Shown here: positions 9,888-20,772 of the stretch, one piece after another
Numbering within the stretch: position 1 is the stretch's first letter
How the letters are laid out: the number at the start of each line of letters is the position of its first letter
Source of the DNA: a bacterium
Lineage (GTDB): Bacteria; DRYD01
Length of the DNA stretch: 64,000 nt
Direction: 5' to 3'
Assembly (NCBI GenBank): GCA_039630415.1
Contig: JBCNVB010000003.1
Location: 52,962 to 116,961, forward strand
Made by a program: the position numbers and the translations under genes
Notes under the pieces: model-generated
The model's database searches: none
What the model was told of the DNA's origin: nothing
The model's input: the letters and a program-made list of their open reading frames with translations, nothing else

Positions 9888-11153
9888 TTGAGGAGGGTGA
9901 AGGTAGGGGTGAGTAAGTTTTGGGGAATAGTTTTTATACTAATTTTAGTTTTACTAACTGTAAACGCTAGTGAGAAAACTATAAGTATACTAATAGGTGG
10001 TGCTGCAGACGGATGGACAGAAATCGCACAGGAATTTTACAACAAAACAGGTATAAAAGTAAATGTCATACAAGGACCTCCTTCTTCTGATGCTAGAGAA
10101 ATTATGTACTCAATATCATTGCTTACTAAAACCAAAGGTTTTGATGTAATATACATGGACGTTGTATGGATGGGAAAATTTGCTTCTGCTTCCTGGCTAA
10201 CTCCTATATCCAGTTTTGTTAATCCTTTAGAGTACTTCAAGCAAAAAAATTTAGCTGAATCTTGTTATCTCGCTTCTTTGTATGAAGGTGAATACTACTC
10301 AGTACCTATTAAAGCTGATGCTGGGCTTCTTTACTACCGTAAGGATCTACTCGAAAAATACGGATACTCAGTTCCACAAACCTGGCAAGAGCTTAAAAGA
10401 ATAGCAAAGGAAATAAAGCAAAAAGAAGCTACAGAAGGAAAACAAATTGAAGGCTTTGTATTCCAGGGTAAACAATATGAAGGGCTTGTTTGTAATTTCT
10501 ACGAAGTTCTTCGAGGTATGGGATATGAATTAATATACCAAAACCAGAAAGGATCTTTCTTGGCAGTTAATGAAGACCAACTAACACAAGTATTAGAGTT
10601 TTACAGTGAACTAATACAGGAAGGTGTGAGTCCAAGATCAGTGATAAACTTTGAAGAAGAGGAGTCTAGGATAGTCTTTCAACAAGGTAGAGCAGTGTTT
10701 GCTAGAAATTGGCCATATGCCATAAAAATGCTTATGGAAGACGAAAATATGAGAGATAAATTTGGTGTAGCTATTTTACCAGGTTCAAGTCCAACACTAG
10801 GTGGATGGGCTTTGTCTGTATCTAACTACTCTTCCAACAAAAAAGAAGCCTGGCTATTCATAGATTTTGTTGTAGAAAATGGATTGAAAACCTTATTTCT
10901 TAAAAGAGGTGATGTGCCAACTAAAATAGATCTATTCCAAGATCAAGAAGTAAAATCTAAACTCGAATACTCGGATACCATAATGAGATCAGTTGACTTT
11001 TCTAAACCTAGAACGGTGCACCCTCTCTATCCAAGGATATCAAGCATAATACAAGTATATGTAAGTGGTGTAATAGCAGGTAAAATTCAACCAAGGCAGG
11101 CTGCTCAAAAAATGATAAAAGAACTCCATAAAGTTGTAAGTTTCAAGGATTAA
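9888..11153 (+). CDS. sugar ABC transporter substrate-binding protein (trehalose/maltose-like)
   Basis: Signal peptide; DVIYMDVVW, LLYYRKDLLEKYG..PQTW.EL, QGKQYEGLVCNF, FARNWPY. Confidence 0.85.
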   Translation: MRRVKVGVSKFWGIVFILILVLLTVNASEKTISILIGGAADGWTEIAQEFYNKTGIKVNVIQGPPSSDAREIMYSISLLTKTKGFDVIYMDVVWMGKFASASWLTPISSFVNPLEYFKQKNLAESCYLASLYEGEYYSVPIKADAGLLYYRKDLLEKYGYSVPQTWQELKRIAKEIKQKEATEGKQIEGFVFQGKQYEGLVCNFYEVLRGMGYELIYQNQKGSFLAVNEDQLTQVLEFYSELIQEGVSPRSVINFEEEESRIVFQQGRAVFARNWPYAIKMLMEDENMRDKFGVAILPGSSPTLGGWALSVSNYSSNKKEAWLFIDFVVENGLKTLFLKRGDVPTKIDLFQDQEVKSKLEYSDTIMRSVDFSKPRTVHPLYPRISSIIQVYVSGVIAGKIQPRQAAQKMIKELHKVVSFKD

Positions 11154-11217
11154 GTGAGTTTAATCCCAAAGTAAATGCAGGTTTTTTGTTTATTTTGTGT
11201 AATCCTATATAGAAAAT

Positions 11218-12192
11218 ATGCAAACAACAATTAACTTGGAGCTTTCCGAAAAGATAGATAAAATTATTTCAGAGGTAAGCAAAGTAATAGTTGGACAAAA
11301 AAACGTTGTTTTAAAATGTATATTAGCTTTATTAGTAGATGGTAACGTCTTGTTAGAGGGAGTACCAGGATTAGCTAAAACTCTAATATTCAAAACTTTG
11401 GCTTCATGTAGTGGAGGAACTTTTAAAAGAATACAGTTCACTCCGGATTTGTTACCTGCAGATATAACTGGTACAAGAGTGTTTAATCCTCAAACTTTAA
11501 ATTTTGAAGTAGTATTCGGTCCAATATTTGCCAACTTTGTACTAGCGGATGAAATAAACAGAGCACCTGCAAAGGTTCAAAGCGCTCTTTTGGAAGCTAT
11601 GCAAGAAAAGCAAGTAACAATAGGAAATCAAACATTTCCTTTACCAAAACCCTTTATTGTCATGGCTACTCAAAACCCAATAGAAAGTGAGGGAACTTAT
11701 CCTCTACCAGAAGCTCAACTAGATAGATTTATAATGAAGATAAAAATAGATTATCCAACATTTAGTGAGGAAAAAGAAATAATAAATCGAATGCAGAGCA
11801 ATTTTAATATCCCTGAAGCACAAAAAGTTATAGAATTATCTGAAATAGAGGATTTGCAAAGGGAAGTCGAGAAAGTGAAGATAAGCCCCAAAATAGAGGA
11901 CTACATTACTAAGATAGTATTCATAACAAGAAAACCCCATCTATATGGCTTTAACTCACTATCCAAATACATAATGTATGGGGCAAGTCCTAGAGCTTCC
12001 ATAGCTTTCGTGAAGCTATCAAAAGCATTAGCATTCACTGAAAAAAGATACTTTGTAATACCAGAAGACGTAGAATATCTTGCTTTTGATATACTCAGAC
12101 ATAGAATTATTCTTACCTATGAAGCTCAAGCAGAAAACATAACAACTGAAGATATCATATACACCGTTATCAAGTCATTGCCCAAAATATAA
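11218..12192 (+). CDS. MoxR family AAA+ ATPase
   Basis: LLEGVPGLAKT, RIQFTPDLLPAD, LADEINRAPAKVQSALLEAMQE, ATQNPIE.EGTYPLPEAQLDRF. Confidence 0.95.
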   Translation: MQTTINLELSEKIDKIISEVSKVIVGQKNVVLKCILALLVDGNVLLEGVPGLAKTLIFKTLASCSGGTFKRIQFTPDLLPADITGTRVFNPQTLNFEVVFGPIFANFVLADEINRAPAKVQSALLEAMQEKQVTIGNQTFPLPKPFIVMATQNPIESEGTYPLPEAQLDRFIMKIKIDYPTFSEEKEIINRMQSNFNIPEAQKVIELSEIEDLQREVEKVKISPKIEDYITKIVFITRKPHLYGFNSLSKYIMYGASPRASIAFVKLSKALAFTEKRYFVIPEDVEYLAFDILRHRIILTYEAQAENITTEDIIYTVIKSLPKI

Positions 12193-12229
12193 ACACAAAA
12201 TATAAACCAAAAGGAAGGAGGAATGCAGA

Positions 12230-13312
12230 ATGTATATAAACAAAGAATTCCTATTTAAGCTACTACAGTCTTTTGGACCATCGGGATATGAAAGTGAAGC
12301 ATCAATCGTATGGAAAGAATATACTTCCAAATTTGCAGATGAAGTATTTACCGATTTTCATGGCAATTCCTTTGCTCAAATAAATAAAGATTCACAGATA
12401 AGAGTTTTACTATCTGGACATATAGATGAAATAGGATTCATGGTATCCCAAATAACCGAAGAAGGATTTATTAAGTTTGTCCCCATAGGAGGATGGGATT
12501 CTCAAATACCTCAAGGACAAAGAGTATGGATAAAATCAACTAAAACTGGTCAAAAGATACCTGGTGGAATAGCTAAAAAACCTATACATCTACTAAAAGA
12601 AGAAACTGAAAGAAATAAAGTACTGAAAATAGAAGACATGTGGATAGATATAGGAGCCAAATCTAAACAAGAAGTAGAAGAAATAATAAGTATTGGAGAT
12701 CCAATAGTTTTAGCTTATGAACCTATTGAGATAATGAATCAAAACATTATGTCAAGAGCAATAGATAATAGAGTTGGTGCTTTTGTAGTAGCAGAAGTTC
12801 TAAGAATGCTAAAAGAAATGGGTGTTAAGTGTAATGTTTATAGCGTAGCTACGGTTCAAGAGGAAATAGGTCTTAGAGGAGCATATACCAGTGCCTATAG
12901 AGTTAATCCCCACATAGGAATAGCTGTAGACGTAACCTTTGTTTCTGATGATCCGGGAACAAAGGATTCTGCTAAAATAATAGGCGATATTAAAGTTGGT
13001 AAAGGTCCTGTGATAAGTAGAGGCCCTAATATAAATCCTAAACTTTTCCAAATTCATGAAGAAGTAGCTAAAAAATATGAAATACCTTATCAAATTCAAC
13101 CTGCTCCTAGGGGAACAGGAACTGATGCTAACATTATTCAACTAACACGAGAAGGACCTGCAACCTCATTAATATCTATCCCCACTAGATATCTTCACAC
13201 ACCCGTGGAAATATGTAACCTGCAAGATTTAGATAATACCGTAAAAATAATAGCCTATACAATTAAGCATATTGAGGAAAATTATTCATTAGAAAACTTG
13301 ATACCGCATTAA
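12230..13312 (+). CDS. M42 family metallo-aminopeptidase
   Basis: GHIDEIG, A.DNR.G, VQEEIGLRGA, GTDA, RYLHTP.E. Confidence 0.92.
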   Translation: MYINKEFLFKLLQSFGPSGYESEASIVWKEYTSKFADEVFTDFHGNSFAQINKDSQIRVLLSGHIDEIGFMVSQITEEGFIKFVPIGGWDSQIPQGQRVWIKSTKTGQKIPGGIAKKPIHLLKEETERNKVLKIEDMWIDIGAKSKQEVEEIISIGDPIVLAYEPIEIMNQNIMSRAIDNRVGAFVVAEVLRMLKEMGVKCNVYSVATVQEEIGLRGAYTSAYRVNPHIGIAVDVTFVSDDPGTKDSAKIIGDIKVGKGPVISRGPNINPKLFQIHEEVAKKYEIPYQIQPAPRGTGTDANIIQLTREGPATSLISIPTRYLHTPVEICNLQDLDNTVKIIAYTIKHIEENYSLENLIPH

Positions 13313-13369
13313 TTATAAAAGACTCACTTCATTGTGTAGGTATGATATTGTCTCTATAGACTTAATCCT

Positions 13370-14350
13370 TTACCTTGGTAATTTGCTTTGCTTTAGGACT
13401 TTTAGGAAATCATTTAGGAAGGTTTTATAGTCTTCTATTATTCCGAAGTGTGAGTATTTAAATATAGGTGCTTCGGGATCAGTATTGATGCTAACTACTA
13501 TTTTGGATTTGTTCATACCTGCTATGTGTTGACTTGCACCAGATATTCCAACAGCTATGTATAGGTCTGGTGATACGGTTTTACCTGTTTGTCCAACTTG
13601 GTGTTGAGGATCTATCCAACCGGAGTCTACTGCAGCCCTTGATGCACCTACTGCTGCACCCAATTCTTCTGCAACTGCCTTTATAAGTTCAAATCCTTCT
13701 TTTCCTCCTATTCCTCTTCCTCCACTTATAACTATCCTAGCTTCCTCTAACTTTATCGAAGATTCCCGATGTTCTGAATGTATAACTTCAATATCAAACA
13801 TATGATTTGATAGATCTAGTTCTACTTCGGTTATAGGTACATTTTCATAGGAAAGCTTTGGGTTATTTGAATAAGATTTTATGGTTATAAAAACTGGTTT
13901 TTTGATAGGCTCTATTTTAGATATTATTTTTCCTCCAAATGCACTTACATTAAAGGATAGATCCTCATTTATTGACTCAACTTGGCTAACTATGCTTCCG
14001 TTATACTTATAAGATAGGTAGGGGATTATTTCTGAAAATACTTGATCATAATTTGAAACAATGTAAGTATAATCATTTAGATTTATAATTTGACTGAGTT
14101 GATTGTTTAGGATATGATTTACTATTTCTGGGATGTAGTATTTAGAGGAGAAAACTATTTTGATGTTTATTACCTGATTCCAAGCGGTTGAGATTTGGTT
14201 TAATTGTTGTTGATCTAGGGGGTGGTTCTGGAGATTAAAAAGTACTAAGGTGGAGTTTTGATTTGTTTTGGAACAAAGGTCTTGTACAAAACAAGACAGT
14301 ATTTTAATTTTGTTAAAGTTTTCATATGATGTTATTAATCCCAGTACCAT
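13370..14350 (-). CDS. etfA: electron transfer flavoprotein subunit alpha
   Basis: [41 protein letters not shown]. Confidence 0.93.
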   Translation of the reverse strand: MVLGLITSYENFNKIKILSCFVQDLCSKTNQNSTLVLFNLQNHPLDQQQLNQISTAWNQVINIKIVFSSKYYIPEIVNHILNNQLSQIINLNDYTYIVSNYDQVFSEIIPYLSYKYNGSIVSQVESINEDLSFNVSAFGGKIISKIEPIKKPVFITIKSYSNNPKLSYENVPITEVELDLSNHMFDIEVIHSEHRESSIKLEEARIVISGGRGIGGKEGFELIKAVAEELGAAVGASRAAVDSGWIDPQHQVGQTGKTVSPDLYIAVGISGASQHIAGMNKSKIVVSINTDPEAPIFKYSHFGIIEDYKTFLNDFLKVLKQSKLPR

Positions 14351-14356
14351 GTTTTT

Positions 14357-15124
14357 TTAGGTTATTAGCTTAAGTTCTACTAGTTTTTGATATAGTTTTT
14401 GTGCTTTTTCTAAACTATTTTGCCCCTGTATTATTTGACATTCTATTTGTGTTTGAGGTTGTTGAAAGGATTTTATGTTTATAGAGGGTGGAGGAGTTTC
14501 TTCTATTTTTTCTATTATTATTGGCTTTTTAGATGCTAGCATTATATCTTTCACTTTTGGGTATCTTGGTTGGTTTTCTTGATGGGTTGTTATACTCACG
14601 ATTAGATTTTTGTTGGTTTTTAGCGTTATGTAGCCGGTCTCAGTTAGTTTATGTATTATCCATTCGTTTTGGTAGGATACTGTATAAGCGTAGGTTATTA
14701 GGTGGTAGTTAAGGATAGAGGAGAGGAGGGGGGCTAAACTTCTGTGCCCCCAATCTGCTGACTCATATCCCATTAATATCAAATTGTAGCTATCCTCTCT
14801 AATCTTTTTAGACAACAAGTATGCTATTGATTGGGAATCCATAAATTTTTGATTTGTTTGTAGAATTATTGCTTTATCTGCTCCCATTGCTAGTGCTTTT
14901 TTTATAGGTTGTGAATAATCCAAATGAGTTAGTGTCATTACTGTTACTTCAAAGTTGTGTTTATCTTTTAGTTTTAGTGCAACTTCAAGAGCATTTTCAT
15001 CATAGCTACTTATTACTATTGGATTATCTTCTCCTAGTTGTATTTTTGTTTCTGGATCTATTTTAAATTTGGTTGATGGTATATCCGGATCTATTACTAG
15101 TTTTGTGAGAGCTAATATTTTCAT
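14357..15124 (-). CDS. etfB: electron transfer flavoprotein subunit beta
   Basis: DENALE.AL.LK, ALAMGAD, G.ESAD, PRYP; adjacent to etfA. Confidence 0.9.
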   Translation of the reverse strand: MKILALTKLVIDPDIPSTKFKIDPETKIQLGEDNPIVISSYDENALEVALKLKDKHNFEVTVMTLTHLDYSQPIKKALAMGADKAIILQTNQKFMDSQSIAYLLSKKIREDSYNLILMGYESADWGHRSLAPLLSSILNYHLITYAYTVSYQNEWIIHKLTETGYITLKTNKNLIVSITTHQENQPRYPKVKDIMLASKKPIIIEKIEETPPPSINIKSFQQPQTQIECQIIQGQNSLEKAQKLYQKLVELKLIT

Positions 15125-15141
15125 GTTGTACTATATAATAT

Positions 15142-15402
15142 TTATTGAGTTTCTGGAGTTTGTGTTTGTTCTTGTTGTGTTTGTCCTTGTTGCTGTGTTT
15201 GTTCTTGTTGCATTTGTTCTTGTGTTTGAGTAGTTTCTGTTTGTGTAGTTGTTGTATCTGCTTGTTGGTTAGGTTGGGTATTTTGTTCTTGGGTAGTTGT
15301 CACGGTTGTTGTAGTTTGTTGTTGCTGTTGTTGTGCTGGTTGATTACAAGCTTGAAGATATACCATAACAAATGCTAATAGTAGGGCTAGTAGTATTTTC
15401 AT
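15142..15402 (-). CDS. small Gln/Thr-rich lipoprotein
   Basis: Strong RBS (AAAGGAGGT), hydrophobic signal ending in lipobox LQAC, low-complexity Q/T mature region. Confidence 0.75.
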   Translation of the reverse strand: MKILLALLLAFVMVYLQACNQPAQQQQQQTTTTVTTTQEQNTQPNQQADTTTTQTETTQTQEQMQQEQTQQQGQTQQEQTQTPETQ

Positions 15403-15544
15403 ATTTTTATACCTCCTTTCGTTTTATTTTTCTAGTTTTACGAGTATAGAGATTCTATAAAGGGGGTTGAATTCCTTCATAAAGGTATAGGTGTTATTAA
15501 TAGGAGGGAAGATGTCATCTGTTATAGAAGAGATAGGATAGGAA

Positions 15545-15614
<70 letters not shown>

Positions 15615-15616
<2 letters not shown>

Positions 15617-16007
15617 ATAGATACCTGGGGTTTATATACATATCCTCCACTTTACTGGGTAATTTGGTTGGACCAAAGGGACCAATCTTATCTACTTTAG
15701 GGGGTAGTTTGGTTGGAATATCTAGCATATCTTCTTCTACGCTGGGAGGTAATTTGGTTATATCAAGGCGAATATTCTTGCCTATTTTAGGGGGTAATTG
15801 GGTTAAACCAATCTCATCTGCCTCATCCATAATCAAATTCACAGGTATAGAATCTAATGATTTTACATATTTATCCTGAGAATACGGGGTTATATCACTA
15901 TCTTTTTTTACAAACTTATCTTTTTCACTATCTGTTGTGTTCTTCCAATAATTCGGAAAATAGTTTATAAAACTTCTATCAACTATGTTATTAAAATCGT
16001 TTGTCAT
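15615..16007 (-). CDS. hypothetical protein with four T[KQ]LP[PS] repeats
   Basis: 130 aa ORF with RBS (AAGGGTG); repeats TQLPPKI / TKLPPSV / TKLPPKV / TKLPSKV. Confidence 0.65.
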
Positions 16008-16078
16008 ATTATCACCCCTTTATTTTATTTTTTCCAATTAATTTTTCAACTGTTTAATGGTTTGAGCCTATAAAACTT

Positions 16079-16095
16079 TGTAAAAAAAACGTAAA
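16079..16095 (-). promoter_or_regulatory. candidate OmpR/PhoP-type direct-repeat box (TTTACG-N5-TTTACA)
   Basis: Hexamers at 11-bp periodicity in a divergent intergenic region; similar boxes at 48120 and 55185. Confidence 0.35.
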
Positions 16096-16152
16096 ATTTT
16101 TTATATAGGTGGGGAGAAGTGAACCTGATGGAATAAAAATGATAATAGGAAA

Positions 16153-16737
16153 ATGGGATTAAAAGGTAAACCCAAAAAGTTTCAGAAAGCCTTAAGTATA
16201 GTAGAAGTAGTTGTGTCTGTAACCATAATAGGACTAATACTTTCCACTGTTGGTCTTAGCTTTTTAACATTTGAAAATATGAGATTAAGTAGTCAAATAA
16301 GACACGAGATACAAAGGTATGGTGAGGGAATATTAGATTACTTATGCACTTTACCATTATCGGATAGCCATATAGCAATAGTCCAAAATAGTCCTAACAA
16401 TGGAATACTTTCACTATCGGACTTATCTGCTAATCCAGCGGGTACGGATACTAACCAAATACTAGCTACTATGAATAGTATGCTACAAAATCTTGCAAGC
16501 ACAGGCAAATTTCAAATAATAAATAACGTTAATCAAGGTCAAATAAATTCAAGAAAGGGTGCAATAGTTATGTTTAATATAGGCCAAAATCCACAACAAA
16601 GCTCGGTATCAGTTAATACACAGGGAATAAACTCAATATCTATTACTATATTGTATGTTAGGAGATATCCAAATAGAAGGCCACCAAACAACATAATAGT
16701 AAGACCTATAAGAATAACTCGAATCCTCCCGATGTAA
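16153..16737 (+). CDS. type IV pilin-like protein (PilV/GspI-like minor pilin)
   Basis: Basic leader then KA|LSIVE (E at +5) and a hydrophobic helix, i.e. a class III signal peptide. Confidence 0.75.
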   Translation: MGLKGKPKKFQKALSIVEVVVSVTIIGLILSTVGLSFLTFENMRLSSQIRHEIQRYGEGILDYLCTLPLSDSHIAIVQNSPNNGILSLSDLSANPAGTDTNQILATMNSMLQNLASTGKFQIINNVNQGQINSRKGAIVMFNIGQNPQQSSVSVNTQGINSISITILYVRRYPNRRPPNNIIVRPIRITRILPM

Positions 16738-16742
16738 ATACT

Positions 16743-17588
16743 ATGAGAAATAAAAAAGCACTTTCTCTTATAGAAATAATAATTGCCGTAGTAATATTAT
16801 CACTTATTTTAGTGTGGGTAGTAAATATGCTCAGAGATATTGCAATGGAAAAATCAATAGCACTAGAAAAATCTAAAGTAGATCAAATCATAAATGTTTT
16901 CGAAAAAAATCTCAAAAACTACATAAATAATTCTGACCTGAATCTAAATATGAATCTCTTAGATATTATTAATTCAAACCTAAACGATATAAGACCATTT
17001 TATGTTTCTAGTGCTGTAATAGTTCCTGCAATATATCAAACACAATCAGATTACTTACTTATATATTATAACAACACTGTACTTATAAATAACAACAATC
17101 AGCGTATATCATACATAAATGTCAGACTAACGCAGAATAATACCATATTGTTTTCAGGTATACAAAGCAATCAAAGAAACCTGATTTTTAGAGTATTAAC
17201 AAACAACAATCAAACAAGATTCTTCTGGTATTATATGGTGCAAAATCCATTTTTAAACCAACAAACTATATCAACTATTGATTTTGGAACACCCGCAATG
17301 GGAAGAAGATTTACATATCAAATATCAATGAGATTCAGAAGAATACCTGTAATTCAACAAAATGGAAGAATAGATCCTACAGTCCAGGAAATAATCTATC
17401 AAACTCATGGAAACATTACAAACATAAACCAAGTACAAGGAATAGCAACTATAACCAATCCTAATATTATCTACTCCGAAATAACAGTAGCTGTATTACA
17501 ACAAGCTAATCAAGCTAATCGACGTAGAAGAGTCTTCTTTACAACTAGAGCTTTTAATATCTATGTTAGGCATAAAAGTATAATTTGA
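16743..17588 (+). CDS. type IV pilin-like protein (PilW/GspJ-like minor pilin)
   Basis: MRNKKA|LSLIE followed by a hydrophobic helix. Confidence 0.78.
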   Translation: MRNKKALSLIEIIIAVVILSLILVWVVNMLRDIAMEKSIALEKSKVDQIINVFEKNLKNYINNSDLNLNMNLLDIINSNLNDIRPFYVSSAVIVPAIYQTQSDYLLIYYNNTVLINNNNQRISYINVRLTQNNTILFSGIQSNQRNLIFRVLTNNNQTRFFWYYMVQNPFLNQQTISTIDFGTPAMGRRFTYQISMRFRRIPVIQQNGRIDPTVQEIIYQTHGNITNINQVQGIATITNPNIIYSEITVAVLQQANQANRRRRVFFTTRAFNIYVRHKSII

Positions 17589-17613
17589 AACCTATTTCAG
17601 GAGGTGGATTTTA

Positions 17614-20049
17614 ATGCGTGTTAATACTAGAAAAGGAGCGGCACTAGCAATAACCCTTTTTATCCTCCTAATAGCCAGCATAATGATTAGCATAATAATG
17701 CACATATCTAAAAACAATATAAAAATGTTTTCTCAAAGTGCTCAGGAATCACAATACTCTCAGTACGTAAAGGAAGCACTTGATATAACTGTAAGTCCCT
17801 TTGTTATGGGTAATGGAAATCTAGTAACACCTAACATTATATTAATAAATCCTCAAGCAGATGAATTTATTTGGTCTTTTAGAAACCAATTTCAAACAAT
17901 CCAAATGCCTGCACAAGCATTAAATCTATCAATAGCTATGGATGCTCAAAATACAAATAACAACTTTAGAAACCTTCATATAAACATATCCAGAAGAGTT
18001 TCTCAAAATGATAACCTTTGGGTAGTAAGTAATGTACACATAGAAGCTATCTATTTATCTCAAATACCAGTATTACCAATACCTGAATACCAAATAAATA
18101 TAAATACGCTAATTATAAGAACAAACCAACAAATACAACCTATACAAAATTTTGCCGCTTTTGTACAGCAAACATTTGCTAACAATCCAAACCGTGTAGT
18201 TTGGCAAGGTAGAGCAAGAGCAAGAATTATTCAAAGAACTCCAATCAACCTCGCTCAAAACGCCGCAGTATACGTAAAATACTCAGGATTATGGGTACCC
18301 TTCGGAGCTAATCCATTCTCACAAGGTCTACTAGCACAAGGAGTAGATAATTGCATAGGAATAACCAACGGATACACAATTATAGGTGATATAGCTACCC
18401 CAAGAGCAAATCCAAATGAAAGATTCCAAAATGCTTTCGGAACACAACCTACTACAGCAAAATCCGGATTTACTACTATATGGCAGGGAACTACACCAAG
18501 TACACTTATAAGAGGTGGTGCAACCACAGGGTACGCAACCATAGCACCTAACCTAAACACCTTCAATCAGAACAATAATGAATACTCTATAAGGACAGCT
18601 AGGTTATCAGTCGTAAATACAAACCAAAACATCTCAAACATACAAGGAAGAATACCTGGTGAATCTAGAATCGGAAATCAAGTAATCGATATAACTAGCA
18701 TCCCTAATTCTCAATCAATGGTAAGAATAACAATAAACACCAACCAAGCTGTTGTGGTAGGTCAATCAATCGATTCTAATGGAAACTTGGGAAGTATTAG
18801 AACAAGACCTCAAGGTGGAGGATTAATTGAAGTCCTCTGGCCTATGGATAATAATGGAAACTTCGTACGAATAAATCCAAACGATCAACAAGATACAAAC
18901 AGAACCATCTTGAATAGTTACCCACCGGGCTATGCCAACGTATATGTAGTACTGGAAGGTAGTAACTTAAAACTTTACGCAGTAGGAAAATATAGTGGAC
19001 AAAGAGTTCCTGTAAACGAACTTCTACAAAGCATGATTGTAAGTCAATCTGTCAGATCTAAATTTCAAGTCAATACAACAAATAACGAAATAAACATAAA
19101 CTTGAGTAATCTAACTGAACAGGAAAGAACAGAGTTATCTACACTTTATGTGGAAGGAGGAAACATAGTTCTTGCTCCTTCTTCTAGCGGAAACTCAACT
19201 CTACACTACGGAAACAATCAAACCCCATTTGACCTAACCATAATAGCAGGAAGATTAGGAAATACCGATACTATGGCTAACAGAGGTTTCTATCGGGATG
19301 GCAATTCTAACCAACCAATAGACAGAAGAATAGGAGGATGGGAATTACCAGCTAATCAACAAAGTTTTGCTCCAACAAACTTCACACTAAACTTAAATCA
19401 AAATTCTCCAAACTCTGTAAGGTATATTTTACCTTCTCAAGACGCTAATACCTACGATAGAAGAAGACAAGTAGTAAGAGCTTTAGAAGGAAACGTTATA
19501 ATCCAGGATTTCGCAGATACTAATAACAATGGAAGAAGAGATCCAAATGAAAGAGTAGGTTATATAGGATTTAACATGAACTCAAATAATAACGCAGATA
19601 TAGCCTCTAGAAAAGGAGGAGCAAAAATTACTATTATTAGCCATAACTTCGTTATACTAAACTACCAATCAAGGTTGAACCGTAGAGATAGAGCTGGTTT
19701 AGCAGCTGATATAATAACCTACCGCGGAAGCCTGCAAATTATAGACGAAGATTCCTACAGATTCCTCCTAGATACAGGAAGATTTAGAAATCAGGAAGCT
19801 AATAACTTCCTTAATCTAATAATTACTGACAGTAACCTATATTGGTATGGAAAATATATATCAAATTTTGCAAATATAGAAGGAGTTATGCTTAAAAACG
19901 GTACAATCAGAGGATTTGGTAATGTCACTATTGAAGGTAGTGGTACTAACCATAGACTACCCAGAACTACAAGATCAGACTTTGTAATAATTATCCAAGG
20001 AAGACCAGTAGTACTTTATGACATACTATCTTTTAACTTAAATAGATAA
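17614..20049 (+). CDS. large PilX/GspK-like pilin with extended Asn/Gln/Ile-rich domain
   Basis: RKG|AALAITL lacking E5, as in PilX/GspK; strong RBS; DTNNNGRRDPNE Ca-binding-like loop. Confidence 0.68.
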   Translation: MRVNTRKGAALAITLFILLIASIMISIIMHISKNNIKMFSQSAQESQYSQYVKEALDITVSPFVMGNGNLVTPNIILINPQADEFIWSFRNQFQTIQMPAQALNLSIAMDAQNTNNNFRNLHINISRRVSQNDNLWVVSNVHIEAIYLSQIPVLPIPEYQININTLIIRTNQQIQPIQNFAAFVQQTFANNPNRVVWQGRARARIIQRTPINLAQNAAVYVKYSGLWVPFGANPFSQGLLAQGVDNCIGITNGYTIIGDIATPRANPNERFQNAFGTQPTTAKSGFTTIWQGTTPSTLIRGGATTGYATIAPNLNTFNQNNNEYSIRTARLSVVNTNQNISNIQGRIPGESRIGNQVIDITSIPNSQSMVRITINTNQAVVVGQSIDSNGNLGSIRTRPQGGGLIEVLWPMDNNGNFVRINPNDQQDTNRTILNSYPPGYANVYVVLEGSNLKLYAVGKYSGQRVPVNELLQSMIVSQSVRSKFQVNTTNNEININLSNLTEQERTELSTLYVEGGNIVLAPSSSGNSTLHYGNNQTPFDLTIIAGRLGNTDTMANRGFYRDGNSNQPIDRRIGGWELPANQQSFAPTNFTLNLNQNSPNSVRYILPSQDANTYDRRRQVVRALEGNVIIQDFADTNNNGRRDPNERVGYIGFNMNSNNNADIASRKGGAKITIISHNFVILNYQSRLNRRDRAGLAADIITYRGSLQIIDEDSYRFLLDTGRFRNQEANNFLNLIITDSNLYWYGKYISNFANIEGVMLKNGTIRGFGNVTIEGSGTNHRLPRTTRSDFVIIIQGRPVVLYDILSFNLNR

Positions 20050-20772
20050 TTTATTAACTATCATATTTACAAACCAATCAATTACTAACTGCTGGGAATC
20101 TATCAATTCTCTTTGTTCTGGATGATACTGAACAGCAAAAATAGGAAGATATTCATGTTGTACAACTTCTACAATACCGTCTTTGCTTATAGCCAGTACG
20201 TTTAAATTTTTGCCAATCTTTGCTATGGCTTGATGGTGTCTACTGTTTACTTCCATAGTAATCAATGAATCTAACTTCAATTTTATTAAATGCCTAAGAT
20301 ACCTGACTTTATCACTGTCCTTTATAAGTGAATAACTACGATGAGCTTCTTCTATAACTACATCGGATATGTCATATGGTATATGCTGAAATAAGTTACC
20401 TCCAAAAAATACATTAATTATCTGTATACCTCTGCATATACCGAAAAAACACTTACTTTGGTGATATTTGTGTAAAATTTCTAATTCAATCTCATCCCTT
20501 TGTTTATTAAAACTGTATAGTTCATTGTTATATTTGACAAAGCTGTTATAATAGCTTGGATGTACATCTTCTCCTCCGGTAAGAATTATTATGTCTGAAC
20601 TTGCTAGGGTTTTTGTAGCTGTTCTATTTATATCCACTATTTCAAATTCATAGTTTTTACAAGTTTTCTCGTTTATCTTAGATTGTATTATTGAAGCAAA
20701 ATCTATGTATTCGTTATATAGACGGGGATTAGTTTTATTTATGTTATTTTTAATAAATAGAGCTACTTTCAT
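20038..20772 (-). CDS. gamma-glutamyl-gamma-aminobutyrate hydrolase family (peptidase C26)
   Basis: LTGGEDV.P..Y, RD..E, GICRG.Q, VNS.HHQA, VQYHPE. Confidence 0.9.
   Translation of the reverse strand: MKVALFIKNNINKTNPRLYNEYIDFASIIQSKINEKTCKNYEFEIVDINRTATKTLASSDIIILTGGEDVHPSYYNSFVKYNNELYSFNKQRDEIELEILHKYHQSKCFFGICRGIQIINVFFGGNLFQHIPYDISDVVIEEAHRSYSLIKDSDKVRYLRHLIKLKLDSLITMEVNSRHHQAIAKIGKNLNVLAISKDGIVEVVQHEYLPIFAVQYHPEQRELIDSQQLVIDWFVNMIVNKLSI

Noticed and set aside
15145-15378. Cys/Leu-rich 77-aa plus-strand ORF
   Set aside because: Shadow of the Gln/Thr codons of the minus-strand lipoprotein, which has the RBS and lipobox.
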